Shown one piece after another: positions 58,784-64,000 of a DNA stretch of 64,000 bases. A model generated the notes under the pieces. The model saw only the letters and a program-made list of their open reading frames with translations. It ran no database searches and was not told the DNA's origin. Source of the stretch: Piedraia hortae CBS 480.64 (Eukaryota); contig MU005986.1 of assembly GCA_010093745.1 (NCBI GenBank), positions 1 to 64,000 on the forward strand, written 5' to 3'. Every line of letters starts with the position of its first letter. Within the stretch, counting starts at the first letter, position 1. The translations under genes and the position numbers were made by a program.

Positions 58784-61699
58784 TTAAGATCTTACATCTT
58801 TCCCCCACTTCAACGTCGTACGATCACTCCGCTCAGTCGGTCTCGGCTGGTCGGCGAAGCGAATGGCTTGTTTCTGTCTCGGCTGATCATCTTCTTCACT
58901 ATCACTATTCTCATCCTGTCTTAGTCCCAACGCTCCTTCACGACGTCGACGTTCAGCCGCCGTCTCAGTTGCATCTCCCTCTCCCGCCGTCTCCGGCGCC
59001 CGGTCGTTTCCGACCTGTCGCTGAGCTGCCTGTCGTCGTCTCCGTTCCGCAGCGGTTTCGGATCCAGAGTTGTTCTGCGCTTTGCGGACGTTGGCGCCGA
59101 GGTCGTAGGTGGGAACTGCGTCCTCATACCCAACGGTTTCGGCTTCACCAGAGGGGCGGGCAGCTGAACTGCTGGCTTGCTTGTCGGCTGGACGCGAGAC
59201 TTGCGTGATGCTGGATTTTCGCCTGGTTATGGCTGCGGCATATTCACGGGCGTGTGCGCGAGCTTGGCGTTTGACGGATTCGGGGGCGTTGCTGCGTTCC
59301 ACCGTGTTGGCTCGGGTCTTGGGGTCCATGTGTCGAATGTGTTCGACGAATTCATCTTTACGCATGTGCTTGCCATCGCTGCCGATGGTGAATCTCATGT
59401 TCTGGTCGTTTTCCTCTTCAAGCTTCGCTTTTTGATTTTTCCTGTTCGACGATGGTCTTGATCCTTCGCCAACTCCAAGCATCTTGCTCAGCTGGGCCAT
59501 GCCCCATGCCTGATGGCCTGGGGCTGCCTCCTTTCCGGAATTTGGTGAGGTGATATCGAATTTTCTGATGACTTCGCCATTTTCGTCTTCCAGGATCACC
59601 GTGTTGCCGTACCGGTATGCCTGAGCGGGACCCCGGCCTAGGTCTTTGGGTTCCTTGGGTTCTTCGTGTTTCATGATGTTGCCCATTGAGCCAAACTTCT
59701 GGAATCCACCACGCCAATTCCTCCCTGGTCTAGCTTTCGGAGCTTGCGCATCTTTCGCACCCGTCGTGTCTTTCGCCTTGCCGCCTGTAGCTTCATGATC
59801 TGCGTCCTTCTCGGCAGACGCAAGTCGCTGCGCTTCGACCATCTCAGTTTCTTCACGTTTAGCAGCGCCCCCCGGGAATTCACCCGACCGAGTATCCTCA
59901 ACTGCCAGTACTTCGCCCTCCTTGTCCTCGTAAACCGTCTTATGTCCTTCTTCGTAAATTTCGGCCGGTGTTACATTTCCCTCGCCAGCTTCAACAGCAG
60001 CAGCTTCACCACCCGGAGAATCTGGGCCGCTGCCTCCCGCTTGCTCCTCATTATCCAAGCGTGGAGCTGGTCCAATTGCAGACGGAGTGATGGGTCCGCC
60101 TGGCCCCTCGCCAGACTCCCATTTTCTACTGCGTCGAGATCGATGTCGGCTGGCAGCTGGCAACGGACTCTCCCCTTCTCTTTGTCGGCGAAGAAAGGCC
60201 CCTGGAATTCCAATAGGTGGGAGCGTGGACGGTCCATTGGTGTTCTGGTCTTTTTCGTCGTACTCCGAGTCGGATCGATTCATCGACATTGTCTTGGAGC
60301 GGGACTGAATACGGGGCAGGCGGTCTGTCCAGGTAGGCGCCACCTCATTGCCCTGCGTGTACGTCATGGTCAGGGTCAGGGTGTTGATGTGTTTGCCCAG
60401 CGTGAACACGGCGACCGAAGAGCCGTGGACGACAATAGAGCAGATGACGAGAAAAGTAGTGATTGGCCAGATGAGCTCAATAATGTTTAGATGAGGGAAT
60501 GGTGGCTCCGGCATCACAGCGAGAGGAGTGGTTTCCTCATGCTCCAGCTCTCCCCTAGCCAGGATGGCTACGAAGATGGCTCCGACTCCAATCGGACCAA
60601 AATGGCCCGCAAACAAAGCCTCGCGCCACGTCTTGATGTCGGGTATCACTGGCTTGAGCATCATCATGATGGGAATTCTGCGGAACAAAAGGACCAATAT
60701 GGCAAGCACAACAAGCCGCCAGACTTCCAAACCAAGGAAGCCGGCGTTGAACTGTGCCCACGGTATGATAGTCCCAAAGTAGACAAAAAACGCCAAGTTG
60801 ATCAGCAAGTCAATAACGTTGGAAACATGAGACTCTTCGGTCTTCTCCGTAAACCAACCATCGTTGCTGAAGCCCACACCACAAGCAAAGCCGACCAGGA
60901 GATCATCCAGGCCCAAAATCGATCCCGAACCTGCACAGAACAGGGCGAGAACAAAGTAAAACACAAGAAACGACTCGCGGTCCATCCAATCCTTCTCATG
61001 GGCATAGCGAAAGGCTCGACGCGCGATGTAGCCAACTGCGACTCCATAGATGGCACCAAATAAGCATTCGTAAAGGATTGTCATGCAAACCCAGGTGCCA
61101 ATAGCTTTGCCAGCTTTGTAACGTATGAGATAGAGAGCCAAGTAGATGAAGGGAAACGCCATGCCATCGTTGCAGCCCGACTCAGCAGAGAGCAGGTCTC
61201 GCAAGTGGCGAGGCACACGCTTCGCAAACTTGCCTTTTCCCACCACCGACGAGGCCAGCACAGGGTCAGTGGCGGTGACGCATGCCGCAATAACCAGGCA
61301 GTCTATGTAAGCAAGCGAAGCGTGAAACAAGCCCCATATAAACAGACTTGTTATAAGCCAGCCCCAAATCATGACTGGAATGAGGAGAAACGTAACGGAT
61401 CTGACGTGCTTCTCCATATATGCGCGCGGCAGTTCGACACCGACGGCAAAACATTGCACCACCAATACAATGCGAGAGAGCTCGAGGGTGACTTGATCCG
61501 TGTTGCCCCACGTGCCCGGGTTTACCAGATTGGCCGCATGGGGACCGAAGATAATGCCACATATAGTGGCTACCGTGGCTTCACCAATATACAGTCGCTC
61601 CTTGATGACCGATGAGCATAACATGAACAGGCTGGTGAAGCCGCCCAGGATGATGTAAACCAGATGGGGTCTGTTAATTTCCAGATGCTCCCAGGCCAT
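58784..61699 (-). CDS. NHA1: Plasma-membrane Na+(K+)/H+ antiporter
   Basis: MAWEHLE start, IKERLYIGEA, TATDPVLASSVVG, AESGCNDGMAFPF, ALFAGHFGPIGVGA and a long hydrophilic tail. Confidence 0.95.
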   Translation of the reverse strand: MAWEHLEINRPHLVYIILGGFTSLFMLCSSVIKERLYIGEATVATICGIIFGPHAANLVNPGTWGNTDQVTLELSRIVLVVQCFAVGVELPRAYMEKHVRSVTFLLIPVMIWGWLITSLFIWGLFHASLAYIDCLVIAACVTATDPVLASSVVGKGKFAKRVPRHLRDLLSAESGCNDGMAFPFIYLALYLIRYKAGKAIGTWVCMTILYECLFGAIYGVAVGYIARRAFRYAHEKDWMDRESFLVFYFVLALFCAGSGSILGLDDLLVGFACGVGFSNDGWFTEKTEESHVSNVIDLLINLAFFVYFGTIIPWAQFNAGFLGLEVWRLVVLAILVLLFRRIPIMMMLKPVIPDIKTWREALFAGHFGPIGVGAIFVAILARGELEHEETTPLAVMPEPPFPHLNIIELIWPITTFLVICSIVVHGSSVAVFTLGKHINTLTLTMTYTQGNEVAPTWTDRLPRIQSRSKTMSMNRSDSEYDEKDQNTNGPSTLPPIGIPGAFLRRQREGESPLPAASRHRSRRSRKWESGEGPGGPITPSAIGPAPRLDNEEQAGGSGPDSPGGEAAAVEAGEGNVTPAEIYEEGHKTVYEDKEGEVLAVEDTRSGEFPGGAAKREETEMVEAQRLASAEKDADHEATGGKAKDTTGAKDAQAPKARPGRNWRGGFQKFGSMGNIMKHEEPKEPKDLGRGPAQAYRYGNTVILEDENGEVIRKFDITSPNSGKEAAPGHQAWGMAQLSKMLGVGEGSRPSSNRKNQKAKLEEENDQNMRFTIGSDGKHMRKDEFVEHIRHMDPKTRANTVERSNAPESVKRQARAHAREYAAAITRRKSSITQVSRPADKQASSSAARPSGEAETVGYEDAVPTYDLGANVRKAQNNSGSETAAERRRRQAAQRQVGNDRAPETAGEGDATETAAERRRREGALGLRQDENSDSEEDDQPRQKQAIRFADQPRPTERSDRTTLKWGKDVRS

Positions 61700-62175
61700 G
61701 GTGAAGGTTACACTGCGCCGCAGTTGGGGGGGGGGGGGTGCTACAAATGACGGTGTTCGATGGGTGTTCCAGCAGCCACCCGCGGGGGGGAAGGGGAGGG
61801 GATATTGAGACGTGAAATGTTTGTCGACGATCTGGAGACTGGAGAAAAATTGGTTGAGGAAACCGGTGGGGGATGGGGGAAGTGATAAGACGGGGGTAAG
61901 ATGAACTTATTGCAGAGATTAGCAGTGCATTTCCGCTGGATCTTGCATCGGCAGTGCAGCGTCAATGCCAAACACTTTTTATCCTGTGTTAAATGGCAGG
62001 CCGCTTATCATATGTAGGGATGGAGGGCCTTTTCTTATCAGCAGTGTTCTGTTTACCCCGCTCTTGGCTCGTGTAATTGTTCCGCACCGAATGAAATTGG
62101 ACGTTGAACGTCTCACCAAGGTCTACCGACTGTCTATTTGCTTTTCATTCAACGGTTCTCGCACGTTTTGCTAAA

Positions 62176-63189
62176 ATGAACTGTCGACGCTGCCAGGCAG
62201 AGTCGGTGTTGATTCTCAGGTCGCAAGCACTGTGTGTAGCTTGCTTCTCACGCTATGTCTCAACGAAGGTGATAAAGCGCATGGAAAGTTTTCGCGTGCG
62301 CAATGCCGATCCTCTGCATAATCGCAAATTAATGCTCGCCCTGTCATTCGGACCGGGATCTACGGCGTTGTTGCACTTACTCAGCCAGCACCTCAAAGGT
62401 CAGTTTGCTAAGACGGGCAGGACGGGCTACAAACTTCATGTGCTCCATGTACGCATGTCTGGAGATGATGAAGGTACAGAGAGTCTTGAACGGGTCAAGA
62501 CTCGCTACCCCGATCACGAATATTGTACTGCATCATTAGCTGAGGCGCTGGACTGCGACGGTATCCGCAGCATATTGCCCGAAATTCCACAGTCTGAAGA
62601 TCACGACAACTTGATGACCATTTTGCGCCGTCTCGGTTCTACAACGGCGCAAGCCGACGTCATGCAGCTACTCCTGTGTAGGCTTGTGGCGGCAACAGCA
62701 TCACGAACAGGATGCGAAGGAATCCTCTGGGGCAACAGCACAACTCGTCTGGCAGAGAGAACACTAGCTAATGCGGCCAATGGCCGAGGAGCGTCCTTGC
62801 CGTTTGTTACTGCTGACGGCATGTCTCTCTACAAGGTGCCTTTCTTCAATCCCATGCGTGACCTCTTATCAAAGGAGATTGCATCATTCATAAGCATCGT
62901 TGAGCCTTCACTAGACGAACTTGTCGTCCAGCACGAGCAGAAACCGATGACGAGCACAAAGTACACGACCATTGACGACCTCATGAGGCAGTACTTTGAA
63001 CATGTCGAGCAGAATTATCCGTCCATCGTAGCGAACGTTGTCAGAACAAGCGATAAGCTTCAGGCCCCGTCCCTAACAGATGTAGAGACGCAGTGCGAGC
63101 TTTGCTGCACTCCGCTGGGCGCAAACTCCCCGGAAAAAAGCAGACTGTGCCACGCTTGTATCGTTGCCTTGTCCGTTCCTGACCCGTAG
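62176..63189 (+). CDS. NCS2: Cytoplasmic tRNA 2-thiolation protein 2
   Basis: N-terminal CRRC..LCVACF, ALSFGPGSTALL, STTRLAERTLANAANGRG, PMRDLLSKEI, YPSIVANVVRTSDKL, and C-terminal CELC..LCHAC. Confidence 0.87.
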   Translation: MNCRRCQAESVLILRSQALCVACFSRYVSTKVIKRMESFRVRNADPLHNRKLMLALSFGPGSTALLHLLSQHLKGQFAKTGRTGYKLHVLHVRMSGDDEGTESLERVKTRYPDHEYCTASLAEALDCDGIRSILPEIPQSEDHDNLMTILRRLGSTTAQADVMQLLLCRLVAATASRTGCEGILWGNSTTRLAERTLANAANGRGASLPFVTADGMSLYKVPFFNPMRDLLSKEIASFISIVEPSLDELVVQHEQKPMTSTKYTTIDDLMRQYFEHVEQNYPSIVANVVRTSDKLQAPSLTDVETQCELCCTPLGANSPEKSRLCHACIVALSVPDP

Positions 63190-63256
63190 GGATCACTAAA
63201 GGAAAGGAATATGGAAATCAACACTAGAGGACAACGATCGACTATGCTATAAACGT

Positions 63257-64000
63257 TTAGACCATCATCATTGTATCGTCACCGTCATCTTTGTTCGCAC
63301 CAACCAAAGCGGCTTTGTCCCGGCCTTCAATCAGCTCACGACGCACCTCGGGACCGACCTTGTAGTGGCCTAACTGCAGCAGCAGATCTAAGAGAGCTTC
63401 CCGCTGATCCTCGCTGATGACATACTTGTATCTCTGCGCAAACGCAAGGAGGCTACGATGCCACAGTACGGGGAGCTTCATGGAGGTCTGGTTGTCTGCT
63501 CCAGCCATGGACACATTATCTGAATCGAGCAGACGGAAGCGCAAGAAATACGCAACCAACTCGTCGATGACAGTAGTTGGCAGTGCGTACTTTTTCTCCA
63601 ACAGAATGCGGATGAGCGTGTTGCACGCGCCGGCAGACTCGACGCTCTGCCTCATCTGCTCTTCGGAGAGTTTGCATAGTTTATAGAGAGCCATGGCCGA
63701 TTTCATGACCGGAATGCTCACACGAGAGATGACGGAGCCTACAATTGTGGCCTCCCGCAAAGTGCAGGTTCCTGACGCTACGAGGGGAAGAACAAGACCA
63801 TCAAAGAAGGCGGCTGGCTTGTACAGCGCTTTCTTGAGGGCCTTGTAGAGGTGTGGGTTTAGTTTCTTCGTCTCCGCAATGTCCCCTCTCACCCGTGGAA
63901 GGAGGACAGTGGACATGAATGCACGGGCTATGGCAGGCTCAGAAGAGACGAAAATCTTGGTCGCCTCATACACGGCATTGGGCGACCAGCGGTCGGGCTG
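63257..64000 (-). CDS. ENP1: Bystin (5'-truncated by the window edge)
   Basis: Motifs WSPNAVYEATKIFVS, LYKALKKALYKPAAFF, LLEKKYALP, LPVLWHRSLLAFAQRYK and PEVRREL. Confidence 0.93.
   Translation of the reverse strand, partial: QPDRWSPNAVYEATKIFVSSEPAIARAFMSTVLLPRVRGDIAETKKLNPHLYKALKKALYKPAAFFDGLVLPLVASGTCTLREATIVGSVISRVSIPVMKSAMALYKLCKLSEEQMRQSVESAGACNTLIRILLEKKYALPTTVIDELVAYFLRFRLLDSDNVSMAGADNQTSMKLPVLWHRSLLAFAQRYKYVISEDQREALLDLLLQLGHYKVGPEVRRELIEGRDKAALVGANKDDGDDTMMMV

Noticed and set aside
61725..61800. G-rich runs upstream of NHA1 (G-quadruplex potential)
   Set aside because: C-rich 5' leaders on the sense strand are common in this window; nothing specific supports a function.

Overview
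Eukaryotic DNA from a filamentous ascomycete, most likely a compact Dothideomycete-type genome (inference from protein families, 43-59 nt GT-AG introns with CTAAC/CTGAC branch sites, and very short intergenic gaps). About 33 protein-coding genes are supported, mostly housekeeping: TFIIIC B-block subunit, MFAP1, PPIL2-type cyclophilin, aprataxin, OAC1, SWD2, an alpha-arrestin, a Dpb11/Rad4-type BRCT protein, Scc3, Irc6/p34, SmD3, Gep4, eIF4B, an Slx8-like RING protein, Prp19, Fba1, Utp8-like, Dot1, Nha1, Ncs2 and partial Enp1. Two accessory stretches break the dense packing. (1) A ~7 kb gene-poor island (33.6-40.6 kb) holds a spliced, intact but strongly divergent TATA-binding-protein paralog with a repeat-built N-terminus and substitutions on the DNA-contact face; this is the most interesting object in the window. 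(2) A ~1.15 kb Mutator-like element relic (48.15-49.30 kb) has ~65 bp terminal inverted repeats around a twice-frameshifted FAR1/MULE zinc-finger ORF. No tRNA, rRNA or CRISPR array was seen. All family calls are by-eye motif recognition, not database searches.
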